This document shows positions 1-9,868 of a DNA stretch of 64,000 nucleotides, piece after piece. The DNA is from an archaeon. GTDB lineage: Archaea > Micrarchaeota > Micrarchaeia > Norongarragalinales > UBA97. Within the stretch, counting starts at the first letter, position 1, and the number at the start of each line of letters is the position of its first letter. Where the stretch lies: assembly GCA_020057405.1 (NCBI GenBank), contig JAGVFW010000014.1:32001-96000 (forward strand). Direction: 5' to 3'. The notes beneath the pieces were generated by a model. That model was not told the origin of the DNA and made no database searches. It saw only the letters and a list, made by a program, of their open reading frames with translations. Position numbers and translations under genes: made by a program.

Positions 1-1
1 T

Positions 2-442
2 GTTAGCATAACCTACCACTTCAAATGCCCGGCACCAGTTGACGGCGCAACGGCTATCGCCACGTTCACAGTCAACACCGCGGGACTGCTTAAGCTCGAC
101 GTTTCCCGCAACAACAAGGACTGGTGGAAGGCCGCTTCAGGCAAGAGCGGCACGCTGACTGTTGACCTTGACGGAACCGCGATAGGCAATGACGTTTACC
201 TGCGCGTCACCATGACCTCGCCAGACAACGACCCCACTCACCTGCCACTCACGCTTACCCGACTCGAAATTGGGCCCAAGTCAGCCGGCCGACCGCCAGG
301 CGCACCCGGCGACGGCGGAAGCGGCGGCTCGAGTGGAGAAGGAAAGGCAAGCACGCCCGGCACACTCACTGCAAAGAAAGGCATTGGCACGGTCGTCACC
401 GGCATTGCCGACTGGCTTCGCGGCCTCTTTCGACCAAAGTAA
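2..442 (+). CDS. C-terminal part of a secreted/surface protein (5' end outside window)
   Basis: Frame open from base 2 (VSITYHFKCPAPVDG...). Beta-rich domain, Gly/Pro linker, then C-terminal helix GIGTVVTGIADWLRGLFRPK, similar to the end of the next ORF. Confidence 0.8.
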   Translation, partial: VSITYHFKCPAPVDGATAIATFTVNTAGLLKLDVSRNNKDWWKAASGKSGTLTVDLDGTAIGNDVYLRVTMTSPDNDPTHLPLTLTRLEIGPKSAGRPPGAPGDGGSGGSSGEGKASTPGTLTAKKGIGTVVTGIADWLRGLFRPK

Positions 443-502
443 GGGCTAACCGTTTCAATACGCTTTTATTCAGCAGTTCACTGACATAACAAAGGGAACT
501 TT

Positions 503-3500
503 GTGTTTGGGAAAAAAGCGCTTCTTGCGCTAGTGGCATTTCTTTTGTTACCCAGCTTCGGCCACGCCACCAACCTCTTAGCCAACGGCAATTTTGAATC
601 ACCGGGCCAGGCGCCTTGGACTTTTGGCTTTCCCCCCGGCTCGCCGGTAACGGTCGAAATCATTTCTGGCGCGGAGTGCAAGACCCCACCCTGCCTCAAG
701 ATTAGTTTAGGGGAAACTTCAGCCAATATTGCCGGCCACGCGCGCCAAGACATAACAAGCCCACTAGACCCCAGCCAGTACTACCTGCTAAGTGCACTGG
801 CGAAAACTGCGCCAGGCGCAAAAATCCGCGTTGGCATTTATGACAACGACTGGAAGAACGCAAGCGGCAAGCGCGTGGGCAAGTTCCTCTTCACGGATTA
901 CTTCGGCAACGGCAACTGGATGCGAGTTTATCACGAACAGCAAATTCCTCTAAAGGACGACTTTGGAGAGACAACATCGGGCCACTTGTGGCGCGCCTAC
1001 CTCTACGCAGTGTTGCCAAACCCAAACGCCGACCCAGTCTACTTTGACGACGCGGTCCTGGAATTCGAGTCCGAACCACAAGGCCAGCTTGACCTGGAAG
1101 AGACGCTCGATTGGAAAACGACTTGCTGGACATTCACACAAACACCGTTAAACATTAGCTGTAACCGTGACGCGCGGTTGATGGACACTAAAACCAAATT
1201 AACTGGCCAGTCGTCAATGCGCATGACGACACTTAAAACGACGACCAACAAGTACACTGGCGCAATCAGCGTCACAAGCGACAAGCCAAACACGCTTCGG
1301 CCACACACCCGCTATAAGATAAGCGTTGCAATGCGGATTGAGGACCGCAAGTGCTACAACTACCTGGACTACGACTATCCTAGGCTTTGGAATGAAACTT
1401 ACAACAAAAACACGCACGGCCTGTGGTGCGGAAAAATCGCCATGAACGTCCTTGACGACGCCGACAAGACCAACAACCTCATCCTCACACCGCCACTCAC
1501 AGTGGCCCAAGCCTATCTTTCAAGCCCCAACGTCGAGTGGTTCACCCAGGACGCCATCATCGAGACGGGCCTGGATACTACAAAATTAAGCTTCCAAATC
1601 ATCCTAGACGGGTTTGACGGAAAGTTCTATATTGACAGCCTCACCGTCAAGCAAATCGACTCGGTCTTTGACTACTCCGCTGCCCTCACTCCGGTGCAAA
1701 ACAGTTTTGGCGGCATGAAAATCAAGTCAACAAAAATCAATCCCATCATTGTCGAGACCAACGCCGCGCGGTTCATCTTCTCCGAAAAGGAAATAAAGGT
1801 AGAAAAAGCAGGCGCCGACCCGGCTACCCCCGGAGGCTTTTCGGCTGTCGGCAAAATCGCGTTTACAGACACGAAAATCCTTGCCAACCCGACACTTGAC
1901 ACGAGCATTTCCGGAGTGGCGCAAATCAACGCAGACGGCGCGAAAATGGCAATAGGCGCCGACTCGACGCTCACGCTAGAACTAAAAACGCCGACCAAGG
2001 TGAGAGTGAGCGGCCCCAAGCTAGCCTACCAGGTGTTTGAGGGAGGCGTAATTTTTGCAACTGACTACACCAAGGGCTTCCTCTTCTCGCCAATGCGCGC
2101 GAAAAGCAGGATCAAGGGAATGCCCTACAATTATACCGACGAGAGGAACGTAGTTTACGACAACAAGAGACTCGCAGAACTTGGCTACAACGTCGGCACA
2201 ATTGAACAAGGTTCTTACAACACGGCGGACTACACCGTCACTTACGACTTCGGCAAGGGCGACGGCTTCCTCGCACAGGCCTTCCCGCCCAAGGATTTTG
2301 ACGCGGTAAAGTACTGCAAGGAACGCTCTGAAGTGACCAATCCCTTCCAGTTTTCTGACCTCCTTAACTTCGACAACCCGTCCACAATGAAACCCTACGC
2401 AAGGGACGCAGTCAAGTATGAGGCCCAGCGAATTACCGAGCGCTACAGCGTCCCTATCATCAACCAAATTAGCTACGCCAAGAGCGACGCCAGCCCCATG
2501 ATGTCATACCGGAATGTTTCCTCACCCCAATGGTACGTAAGCGAGTCATTCGCAAGACAATATCCCGCGCTCGTCACCCCCGTCCCAGTATGGCCTTTTG
2601 ACGTTGCCGGGCCGACAGACATACTCAGCGAAAACCTGACGCGATTATACGCAGATACTATCCACAAAATGGGATTCGAGACAATCGCTTACATAAGCCC
2701 AGAGTTCTACCACACCAACGACATTGACAAGATCGTTGACAACATCGCTTCACTGCGTACGCGAGGCAATCTTGACGGCATTTACCTCGACGGAAGCGTC
2801 CGCTATGACCCCATGCGCGCTCTTGAACTCGCGCGAAAGACGCGAAACGAGCTTGGCCTGAGTGGCTACATCCTCCAGCACTTGTCCTGGATAAACATAT
2901 TCACCCTACCCCAATCCAACCACTTTAGAGTGCCCTATGCAGACGTTTATGCAGACGCGATTTGGGCAGGCGAGGACATCAAGCTAGTTGACGACGACTC
3001 GTGGAAGTTCAACTACTGCGGCGCGACCTCAAACACGCCAACCACTCTCCTCTCAGAGGCCAGGCCCGTTGACTACACTAAAAACAAGACCTATAACCAA
3101 GAACTCACGCTCAACGCGCAGGAACAGTGGGAAAAGAGCCTCGCCTGCAACGGCCAGTTCCGAACCGCCCTGCAATACCCCGCCTACATCAACGACAGGG
3201 TTAAAGGCTACTACTTACCCTTTGACCCTGCGCCCTACTGGAAGGAATTAAACGAAAAGTGCCTGCCAATCACCTGCGGCGACCTTGTCTGCGACGTGGG
3301 CGAAAGCATTTTCTCCTGCCAGACTGACTGCGCCCCGGCCTCACAGCGTGCAACAGTCACCCAGACGGCGGGCCTCTACGAATGCAGCGCGCCACCCTCC
3401 CAGTGGATAGTCAACGGCAAGCCACTCTACCTCATGCACTTCACCTTCGACGGCGACATCATCAGCGACGATGCAGACAACAACCTCAACCCGTGGCTGC

Positions 3501-5314
3501 TTGGCCAGAAGGAAATAACCGCGCCCAAGGCCGAAAAGAAGGACGGCAGGGGCACGTTCTACTTCGACGGCACCGCAAGCGTCTACCGGCCGTTCTACGG
3601 CCTGCTTGAAGACAGGAACGCGTTCACTCGGGGCGGTTCTGCCGACTACTCAGTCTTCGCCAAGGTAAAGCGCGACGACAGTGCAGCTACTACCCCGCAA
3701 GTCATACTCAACATCGCGAACCCAACGAGATTCATCTTCGCAATCAAGAACAACAAGCTCGAGGCAACCGTCGAGGAGTCCGCAGGCAACCTGAAGACCT
3801 TCTCGTCAACCAAACCAATTGATTCAAATCCAAACCAGCCAGAGTGGCACACTATTGGCTTTACCTACAGTACAAGCGGAGAGCCCACGCTCACCATCTA
3901 CATTGACGGGCAAGAGGATTCGCGCCACGCCGTCACACCCCCCGGGGCGCTTGCTGAAAACGGCGTCTACGTTCTTGGCCGGCGGACGCCAGATTCAAAG
4001 AACAACGGCTTTCGGGGCTGGCTCGACGACTTGATCGTGCTACGCTGGGCAATGCCAATCGAGCAAGTCAAGGAATACGCTAACAACGCAAACGCCAAGC
4101 TCCACTTGACTGCCGATGTAAGCTGCATCGTGGTTGAGGACGGAAAGACCAGGACTGCAAGGGATTCCGGTTCCACGGCACCGCCCACTTGCGGCGACTT
4201 CGTCTGCAGCGCGGGCGAAGACCGCTTGAGCTGCGCTGCCGACTGCTGGCCCATCTTAACTTACGGAATGTACAACACGCCAGACTGGATTTCTCGCCTG
4301 CCGATAAGCCACATCCGCACCAACTTCATAAACTTCGAGCCCGCAACAGTCAACGCGGTACTGACCAACTCGAAAGCCAAACGCATTTTCGTCAAGCTCC
4401 CGTACACGCCAAGCACATTCACTGCACAAAACAAGGCGGACTACGCGGCTTACGCCGCACTCGTGAGCCAAAAGAGCGCCGAGTTCCCAGCATTCTACTC
4501 GCTTTCAATCGACGACTTCAACACTTACTGGGACAAGAGCGGAAAAGACGCTGCGCACCTAGCGGCAATTATCACTAAAGCAAAATCAGTAAACCCCAAC
4601 CTCGACTTCAGCATAACCGTCTACGAGGACAACCTCGAAGCCCGCCTCTTTGACACCATCCCCACCGCAACACGAGCAAAAGTCGGCACAGTCTTCCTCG
4701 CGCTCCACTTCCGCAAGAACGGCGAAAAGTTTGCCCAGTATGTCCAGACCGTCAAGTCGCTCTTCCCCTCAGCCAAGGTCTTCGCCCTGTCCTACGCCTA
4801 CGACCGGATTGACTATGTCGGCTGCACTGGCCTCAGCACGCCAGCCTGCACGCGCGAAGAGGAAACCGGGTTGTTCAAGCAGGTAACGCAAACCCAGGCG
4901 CAAATGCTCGCAGACGGCCAGCTTGCAGGAATTGAATTCTACCCCGCAGGCTTCGGCAACGAGGACAAGCCCAACATACTCAAGTGGGGCAACGGCGCAG
5001 GCCAACTTAAATGCAACGACACCCCGCGGTGCATCGAAGTCACGCGCGAAATGCGCAACGATGCCTACGGCACCCTTTGCGAGGCGCGCGGCGATTGCCA
5101 GGACCGATATGGAGGAGAAAGACCAAACCCGACCGCCTCGCCTGGCCCAGACGCTGGCACCGCAGACAAGCCTGGAGCCGACGCAGGAAAGCCTCCAGGC
5201 GGAGACAGCAGCACGGCACCACGCGCGCCAGCCACCCAACGCGCAACCAACTTCATTAGCAACATCGTCACCGGCATTGTTGACTGGATACGCAGCGTCA
5301 GTGGGCGCAAGTAA
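503..5314 (+). CDS. Large multidomain cell-surface protein (CBM-like domains, possible glycoside-hydrolase-like barrels, LamG domain, two Cys-rich repeats)
   Basis: Signal peptide; NLLANGNFE start typical of CBM4/9-like domains; CGDLVCDVGESIFSCQTDC and CGDFVCSAGEDRLSCAADC repeats; LamG motifs WHTIGFTY..IYIDG..FRGWLDDL; Pro/Gly linker and amphipathic tail. Confidence 0.8.
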   Translation: MFGKKALLALVAFLLLPSFGHATNLLANGNFESPGQAPWTFGFPPGSPVTVEIISGAECKTPPCLKISLGETSANIAGHARQDITSPLDPSQYYLLSALAKTAPGAKIRVGIYDNDWKNASGKRVGKFLFTDYFGNGNWMRVYHEQQIPLKDDFGETTSGHLWRAYLYAVLPNPNADPVYFDDAVLEFESEPQGQLDLEETLDWKTTCWTFTQTPLNISCNRDARLMDTKTKLTGQSSMRMTTLKTTTNKYTGAISVTSDKPNTLRPHTRYKISVAMRIEDRKCYNYLDYDYPRLWNETYNKNTHGLWCGKIAMNVLDDADKTNNLILTPPLTVAQAYLSSPNVEWFTQDAIIETGLDTTKLSFQIILDGFDGKFYIDSLTVKQIDSVFDYSAALTPVQNSFGGMKIKSTKINPIIVETNAARFIFSEKEIKVEKAGADPATPGGFSAVGKIAFTDTKILANPTLDTSISGVAQINADGAKMAIGADSTLTLELKTPTKVRVSGPKLAYQVFEGGVIFATDYTKGFLFSPMRAKSRIKGMPYNYTDERNVVYDNKRLAELGYNVGTIEQGSYNTADYTVTYDFGKGDGFLAQAFPPKDFDAVKYCKERSEVTNPFQFSDLLNFDNPSTMKPYARDAVKYEAQRITERYSVPIINQISYAKSDASPMMSYRNVSSPQWYVSESFARQYPALVTPVPVWPFDVAGPTDILSENLTRLYADTIHKMGFETIAYISPEFYHTNDIDKIVDNIASLRTRGNLDGIYLDGSVRYDPMRALELARKTRNELGLSGYILQHLSWINIFTLPQSNHFRVPYADVYADAIWAGEDIKLVDDDSWKFNYCGATSNTPTTLLSEARPVDYTKNKTYNQELTLNAQEQWEKSLACNGQFRTALQYPAYINDRVKGYYLPFDPAPYWKELNEKCLPITCGDLVCDVGESIFSCQTDCAPASQRATVTQTAGLYECSAPPSQWIVNGKPLYLMHFTFDGDIISDDADNNLNPWLLGQKEITAPKAEKKDGRGTFYFDGTASVYRPFYGLLEDRNAFTRGGSADYSVFAKVKRDDSAATTPQVILNIANPTRFIFAIKNNKLEATVEESAGNLKTFSSTKPIDSNPNQPEWHTIGFTYSTSGEPTLTIYIDGQEDSRHAVTPPGALAENGVYVLGRRTPDSKNNGFRGWLDDLIVLRWAMPIEQVKEYANNANAKLHLTADVSCIVVEDGKTRTARDSGSTAPPTCGDFVCSAGEDRLSCAADCWPILTYGMYNTPDWISRLPISHIRTNFINFEPATVNAVLTNSKAKRIFVKLPYTPSTFTAQNKADYAAYAALVSQKSAEFPAFYSLSIDDFNTYWDKSGKDAAHLAAIITKAKSVNPNLDFSITVYEDNLEARLFDTIPTATRAKVGTVFLALHFRKNGEKFAQYVQTVKSLFPSAKVFALSYAYDRIDYVGCTGLSTPACTREEETGLFKQVTQTQAQMLADGQLAGIEFYPAGFGNEDKPNILKWGNGAGQLKCNDTPRCIEVTREMRNDAYGTLCEARGDCQDRYGGERPNPTASPGPDAGTADKPGADAGKPPGGDSSTAPRAPATQRATNFISNIVTGIVDWIRSVSGRK

Positions 5315-5370
5315 GGCCCGCGGCTAAGGGCTTGCGACTGGTTTTTATTGCTTGCCGGCGGAATTCATCT

Positions 5371-6132
5371 ATGAAGCACTTACTGGCGGCCGTATTTGCA
5401 GTATCACTATTGCTTGCAGGCTGCCTGGGCATCGGGGAGGCGCCCAACAACTTCGTCGAAGTCACGCCCAACCCCAACATCGAAGTCGTGCAATTCACCA
5501 CTCCAGACAACTGGACGCTCACGGGCTTCTACTTCAAGCCAATTGGCCCCATAAACAAGAGCGTGGTGCTTCTCCACCAATTGGGTGCAGACAAGAGCTC
5601 GTGGGGCGACCTCCCGGCCACATTCCAGTACTCGGGCATCGGCGTGCTAGTCGTTGACCAGCGGGGCCACGGCGATTCTTTCATCAACGGCAGGAAAAAG
5701 AGCTACTCGACTTTCGGCCCAGACGATTTCCAGAAGATGGTTGACGACGGCGAGGCATTCGCCACCTTCTTCAAGGAACGCCGGCCGAATGACGAGATAT
5801 ACTTTGTCGGCGCAAGCATTGGCGCCAATGTCGCGCTCAACTACGCCGCGCGAGACAAGAATTTGTCCGGCGTGGTGATGCTTTCGCCCGGCATCGACTA
5901 CCGCGGCATAGCCACTACCGGGACAATCAGCCAGTACGGCAGCAGGCCGCTTCTCCTCATCGCGAGCAAGGGCGACGAATACTCCACCCTCTCGGCAAAG
6001 CAACTCTCTGAAAAATCGCCTTCAACGCGCACCACGCTTCAGGTGGTCGAGGGAAGCGCCCATGGCACCAACCTACTTAACGCCAACCCCGAACTCAAGC
6101 GCACGCTCGGGCAATGGATTGTAAGAAACTGA
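5371..6132 (+). CDS. Alpha/beta hydrolase, lipoprotein-like
   Basis: LLLAGC lipobox-like signal; DQRGHG; GASIG nucleophile elbow; AHG catalytic His. Confidence 0.85.
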   Translation: MKHLLAAVFAVSLLLAGCLGIGEAPNNFVEVTPNPNIEVVQFTTPDNWTLTGFYFKPIGPINKSVVLLHQLGADKSSWGDLPATFQYSGIGVLVVDQRGHGDSFINGRKKSYSTFGPDDFQKMVDDGEAFATFFKERRPNDEIYFVGASIGANVALNYAARDKNLSGVVMLSPGIDYRGIATTGTISQYGSRPLLLIASKGDEYSTLSAKQLSEKSPSTRTTLQVVEGSAHGTNLLNANPELKRTLGQWIVRN

Positions 6133-6149
6133 GTTAGGTGAAAATAACA

Positions 6150-6797
6150 ATGGTTACCAAAATCGGCATTCTCGGCTCGGGCATGGTCGCCCAGAGCTTG
6201 GGCAATGGCTTTCTTGCCGCTGGCCACGAAGTGAAGTTGGGCACGCGCGACACCGCGAAGCTTGCCGAATGGCTGCATGCTGCCGGGCCAAAGGCTTCGG
6301 TTGGAAGTTTTGAGGAAGCGGCAAAATTTGGCGAACTGCTTTGCGTTGCCACGAAGTGGGAGGGAACGAGAAACGCGATTTCGATGGCAGGAAAGCAGAA
6401 TTTTGCAGGCAAGACCGTCATCGACGTGACTAACCCGCTTGAGTTTGGCGCCGAGGGCACTCCCCCGAAGCTGGCGTTCGGCTATCCTGACTCTGCTGGC
6501 GCCAAGGTACAGGCGCTTTTGCCCGACGCGAAAGTCGTCAAGGCATTCAACACCATCAGCGCTAATCGCATGTGCAACGCGAAGTTCGAGGAAGGCACGG
6601 GCGACCTCTTCATTTGCGGAAACGACGCGGCCGCCAAGAAAACGGTTTCGGATATTGCGGCAGGATGGGGCTGGAGCGTCTCGGACATCGGCGGAATCGA
6701 GGAATCGTACTTGCTTGAGGCACTCGCCATGGTGTGGATTCGGTACGGCTTTTTGAACAACCACTGGACGCACGGCTTCAGGCTATTGAAAAAATAG
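6150..6797 (+). CDS. NADP oxidoreductase, F420H2:NADP+ reductase-like family
   Basis: GILGSGMVA Rossmann motif, IDVTNPL, VVKAFNT; AGGTGA Shine-Dalgarno before ATG 6150. Confidence 0.85.
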   Translation: MVTKIGILGSGMVAQSLGNGFLAAGHEVKLGTRDTAKLAEWLHAAGPKASVGSFEEAAKFGELLCVATKWEGTRNAISMAGKQNFAGKTVIDVTNPLEFGAEGTPPKLAFGYPDSAGAKVQALLPDAKVVKAFNTISANRMCNAKFEEGTGDLFICGNDAAAKKTVSDIAAGWGWSVSDIGGIEESYLLEALAMVWIRYGFLNNHWTHGFRLLKK

Positions 6798-6832
6798 TTT
6801 TGATTGAGCTGTGCAGATTTACGGTGCCCTAA

Positions 6833-7213
6833 CTACTTGCGGCGGCCTTTCTTTGCGCCGGTCTTGTCCATGCGCTTGATGCGCGTTTCGAGGTCGTCAA
6901 CTTCGGTTTTTATCTCGCCTACGACGACGTCAAGCGGCTCCTTTAGGTGGGGAACGGTGTTTAGGCGAATGGAGTTTATCATGCGGTCCATCTTGTGCGT
7001 CTGCTTGTTGACCGACCGCTGGATCATCACGCTTAAGTAAATCGCCTCGATGGAGACGAGAGTAGTGAGGATGAGCAGGATTTGGGTGGCGTCGACTCCC
7101 AAGTAGTAGAGCCAGGCGAACGCAAGGAAGGCGATGGTGTGGATTAAAATCGAGAGATTCGAGCCAATGCCGTCGCTAACGTGGTCGGCAAACTTGTCGA
7201 GATAGTCACTCAC
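6833..7213 (-). CDS. Small membrane protein, DUF1003-like
   Basis: Two hydrophobic helices, LTTLVSIEAIYLSVMIQRS motif and coiled-coil tail; TATA-like element ~25 bp before GTG 7213. Confidence 0.65.
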   Translation of the reverse strand: MSDYLDKFADHVSDGIGSNLSILIHTIAFLAFAWLYYLGVDATQILLILTTLVSIEAIYLSVMIQRSVNKQTHKMDRMINSIRLNTVPHLKEPLDVVVGEIKTEVDDLETRIKRMDKTGAKKGRRK

Positions 7214-7361
7214 GCAATCGTGGAGGCAAGCGTGGCTTAAAATCCCATATGGTCTGGCCGTCCCGAGGGAGACTCGCATAAGCAAAGGACAGCTGGATTA
7301 CGATAAGCAAGAGTTTTTTAAGCCCTAAAACGTGAGCTAATGCGAGAGAGGTAGATGACAT

Positions 7362-7856
7362 ATGAATTACACCTTCATTCGAACCGGAATGCTGCTTGGC
7401 GCAATTGCGTTGTTCTTGATGCTGCCTTCAGCGCGGGCAGACGTCTTTGACTACGATACGGGTTATGTGACAGACTATTCGGATTCAGGTTATGATTATT
7501 CGTACGACGAATTCAGCGTGCCACCCGTGCCGTCAGACGGCCAGTCTGAAGAGCAATACGGCGAATTTCCCCCTTTGCCAACTGAAACAGGCGGGGATGA
7601 AAGCACAATAAATGATGCCGATTCTATCGACACTCCCCCTGCGCCGCCTGGAGAATTAACGAACGACAACGCGCCCCCAACGCCACCCGGTGAAGGCACT
7701 GGTGCGGATTCCTCCAACAACTTGCTTCCGGGCAACGCCAAGCCAACTCCCATTCGCGTCGAAGTTAGCGCAAAACCGCCGCAAGTAAGGCGCGATGCGT
7801 TCTCGTCCTTCATTAGCTCGGTAGTCAACTGGATACGTGGATTTAGGGCAAGCTAG
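7362..7856 (+). CDS. Secreted acidic Pro-rich low-complexity protein with C-terminal amphipathic helix
   Basis: Signal peptide ending ARA; D/E/P-rich body; ends AFSSFISSVVNWIRGFRAS; GAGGT SD. Confidence 0.75.
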   Translation: MNYTFIRTGMLLGAIALFLMLPSARADVFDYDTGYVTDYSDSGYDYSYDEFSVPPVPSDGQSEEQYGEFPPLPTETGGDESTINDADSIDTPPAPPGELTNDNAPPTPPGEGTGADSSNNLLPGNAKPTPIRVEVSAKPPQVRRDAFSSFISSVVNWIRGFRAS

Positions 7857-7861
7857 AAATA

Positions 7862-8771
7862 GAGTTTGTCCCAAAACTCTTAAAAAGCCTCGGAAAGTGG
7901 GTGTTTAACCCACTTTCACGAGGTGAGAACCGTGGTACCGGTTCTCGGTATTCCGTTGGATGACCGAGTTGTAAAAGCGTTTCGCCGCGTTTACGCGGCG
8001 GTTGGCGAGCCTTGGCGGCTCGCTAAGACAGGCAGGCCGCCTAAGCGGCGGCCTGATGAGTATGCGCTGGCGTTGTTCGCGCGGTCTTTCTGGGGTTGGA
8101 CTTTCCGCGAAGCTGCCTGTATTCTGAAGGTTCCAAAAACATGCTTGCATTGGGCGAGCAAACGCTTGGCGCTCGCGTGGGTGCGAGCGCTCGTAGAGCG
8201 CACTGCGCTTGATTTGCGAGAAAAGTTTGTAGTCAAGTGCAGGATTGCAGACTCGACGGGAGTCAGCGTGCATTCGAGTGGTTTCAAGCGCCGCTTCCAG
8301 CGGCGCGCGTACTGGAAGCTGCACGCGATAGTAGACTACGCTCCATGGGCGCACAAGCTCTGGTTTTCTGTCGCGCGTGCAACGCGCGGCGCCGTTCATG
8401 ATGTCGTTATCGGAAGGCGCTTGCTCGAAAAAACGCCGCCGTCAGAACTATACGCCGACAAGGCGTACGACGACAAGAAATTCTACAAAATCGCGTTCAA
8501 GCACGGCTTTACGCCGTGCATGCAACAACGCAAAAATGCCGCACGCCGGACAGGCGTACGAGGCAAAATATGGCGGTCGTACGACGACCGCAAACGCAAG
8601 AAATACCGCGGACGCATAGAAGCCGCCTTCGGCGGCTTCGCCAACCGCTACCACTCACGCATCAACGAACGCAAAACCAGCACGCGCCGACGCGCGTGCG
8701 AAATGTGGGCAATCACCCACAACATCAGAACACTCGCAAAAAGCCTTCAAATCTACTTATGGGACAGACTC
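7862..8771 (+). mobile_element. IS5-family insertion sequence (910 bp)
   Basis: Terminal inverted repeats GAGTTTGTCCCAAAA (7862-7876) and TTATGGGACAGACTC (8757-8771), 13/15 match; 9-bp target duplication CTAGAAATA at 7853-7861 and 8772-8780. Confidence 0.92.
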
Positions 8772-8816
8772 CTAGAAATAAGCCCAGCGACAATACCAAT
8801 GCGGTTGAACAACTAG
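7923..8816 (+). CDS. IS5-family DDE transposase
   Basis: IADSTG, WKLH, HD, YADKAYD and YRGRIEAAF motifs; the ORF runs past the right TIR. Confidence 0.9.
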   Translation: MRTVVPVLGIPLDDRVVKAFRRVYAAVGEPWRLAKTGRPPKRRPDEYALALFARSFWGWTFREAACILKVPKTCLHWASKRLALAWVRALVERTALDLREKFVVKCRIADSTGVSVHSSGFKRRFQRRAYWKLHAIVDYAPWAHKLWFSVARATRGAVHDVVIGRRLLEKTPPSELYADKAYDDKKFYKIAFKHGFTPCMQQRKNAARRTGVRGKIWRSYDDRKRKKYRGRIEAAFGGFANRYHSRINERKTSTRRRACEMWAITHNIRTLAKSLQIYLWDRLLEISPATIPMRLNN

Positions 8817-8817
8817 C

Positions 8818-9645
8818 ATGGCATCGCCCTTCCGCGTTTACTGGTCGCAAGTGCACCCCGTCTTCATGGTTGCCGCAATCGGCGCGACTGTCGTCGGCGG
8901 ACTCTACTCCCCGATTGCCAACCTTGGAAACCTGACGATTTTCTGCGTCTGCGTTTTCGCCGCCCTCTACTTTGCGCACGTGCGCGACTCGTACGTCGAC
9001 TTTTTCGAGCGCGGGGAAGACCGCTTTTCCTACATGACTAAGCAACAGGCGAAGCGCGCCATGCTCGCTTGCACGCTTGCCGTCGTTGCCTGCGGAGCCT
9101 ACTTCGCACTGCAGGGATTGTGGCTTGCAGTAGGCGTCGTGTTTGCAGGCCTGCTGCTCGCGTTCTTCCACACGCCAATGGACCTCAACCCCATTGGCGC
9201 AACCGCGGGGTACCCTACGGGCCTGGCGCTTGCGGCAATAGGGGGCTTTTACGTGCAGGCGGGCGCGGTTTCAAACAAGATTGTCTTCTTCGCCGCTGCA
9301 GTGTGGCTCGTGCTAAATGGCGTGAAGATAGTTGACGACATCAAGGACTTCGAGTGGGACAGAAAGTTCGGCAAGATTGCGGCGCCAGTCTATTTTGGCA
9401 AGAAAAAGGCGAAGAAAGTCGCGGTTGCACTCGTTTTTGCCGGCGCAACGCTTGGCTTGCTTCTCTCGCTTGCCGGCGTCCTGCCGGTCTTCTCGGCAAT
9501 TGCATTCCTGCCACTTTACCCGGCAGGTTACCTCTCGCTTTATCGAAATGACCGAAAGTCGCTTTTCGGCCTTGACGCCATGCTTTGGGGCACTTACGCG
9601 TTTACGGCAATACAGTTGATTGGCCTGGCGCTGCGCCTGCCTTAA
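8818..9645 (+). CDS. UbiA-family prenyltransferase
   Basis: Multi-pass membrane protein with DSYVDFFERGED and DDIKDFEWD Asp-rich motifs. Confidence 0.85.
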   Translation: MASPFRVYWSQVHPVFMVAAIGATVVGGLYSPIANLGNLTIFCVCVFAALYFAHVRDSYVDFFERGEDRFSYMTKQQAKRAMLACTLAVVACGAYFALQGLWLAVGVVFAGLLLAFFHTPMDLNPIGATAGYPTGLALAAIGGFYVQAGAVSNKIVFFAAAVWLVLNGVKIVDDIKDFEWDRKFGKIAAPVYFGKKKAKKVAVALVFAGATLGLLLSLAGVLPVFSAIAFLPLYPAGYLSLYRNDRKSLFGLDAMLWGTYAFTAIQLIGLALRLP

Positions 9646-9800
9646 GCGTATTCTGCAAGCTTTTTCTTGAGTTCCGCAATCTCCTCGTGGAGCTTGCGGT
9701 TGCGCTTGAGCGGGTCGTTAAGGGCTTCCTTCTCGAGTTCCACTAGCTTTTTCTTGAAGTTAGAAAGCCTGTGCGCCAAATCCTGTTTAGAAGCTCCCAA
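9642..9800 (-). CDS. Small coiled-coil protein (52 aa, below ORF-track cutoff)
   Basis: TTG start after GGTGG SD; MGASKQDLAHRLSNFKKKLVELEKEALNDPLKRNRKLHEEIAELKKKLAEYA; stop overlaps the ubiA stop (TTAA). Confidence 0.6.
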   Translation of the reverse strand: MGASKQDLAHRLSNFKKKLVELEKEALNDPLKRNRKLHEEIAELKKKLAEYA

Positions 9801-9868
9801 TGAAACCACCGTCCGAAACTTCTAAGGAGCCGGGCGGTAATAAAACCCGCGCAGTAGAGGGGTTGGAG

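Noticed and set aside
6039-6773. 244-aa minus-strand ORF, and the many similar antisense ORFs over glnA, polD and pur genes
   Set aside because: They overlap well-supported genes and are expected in GC-rich DNA.
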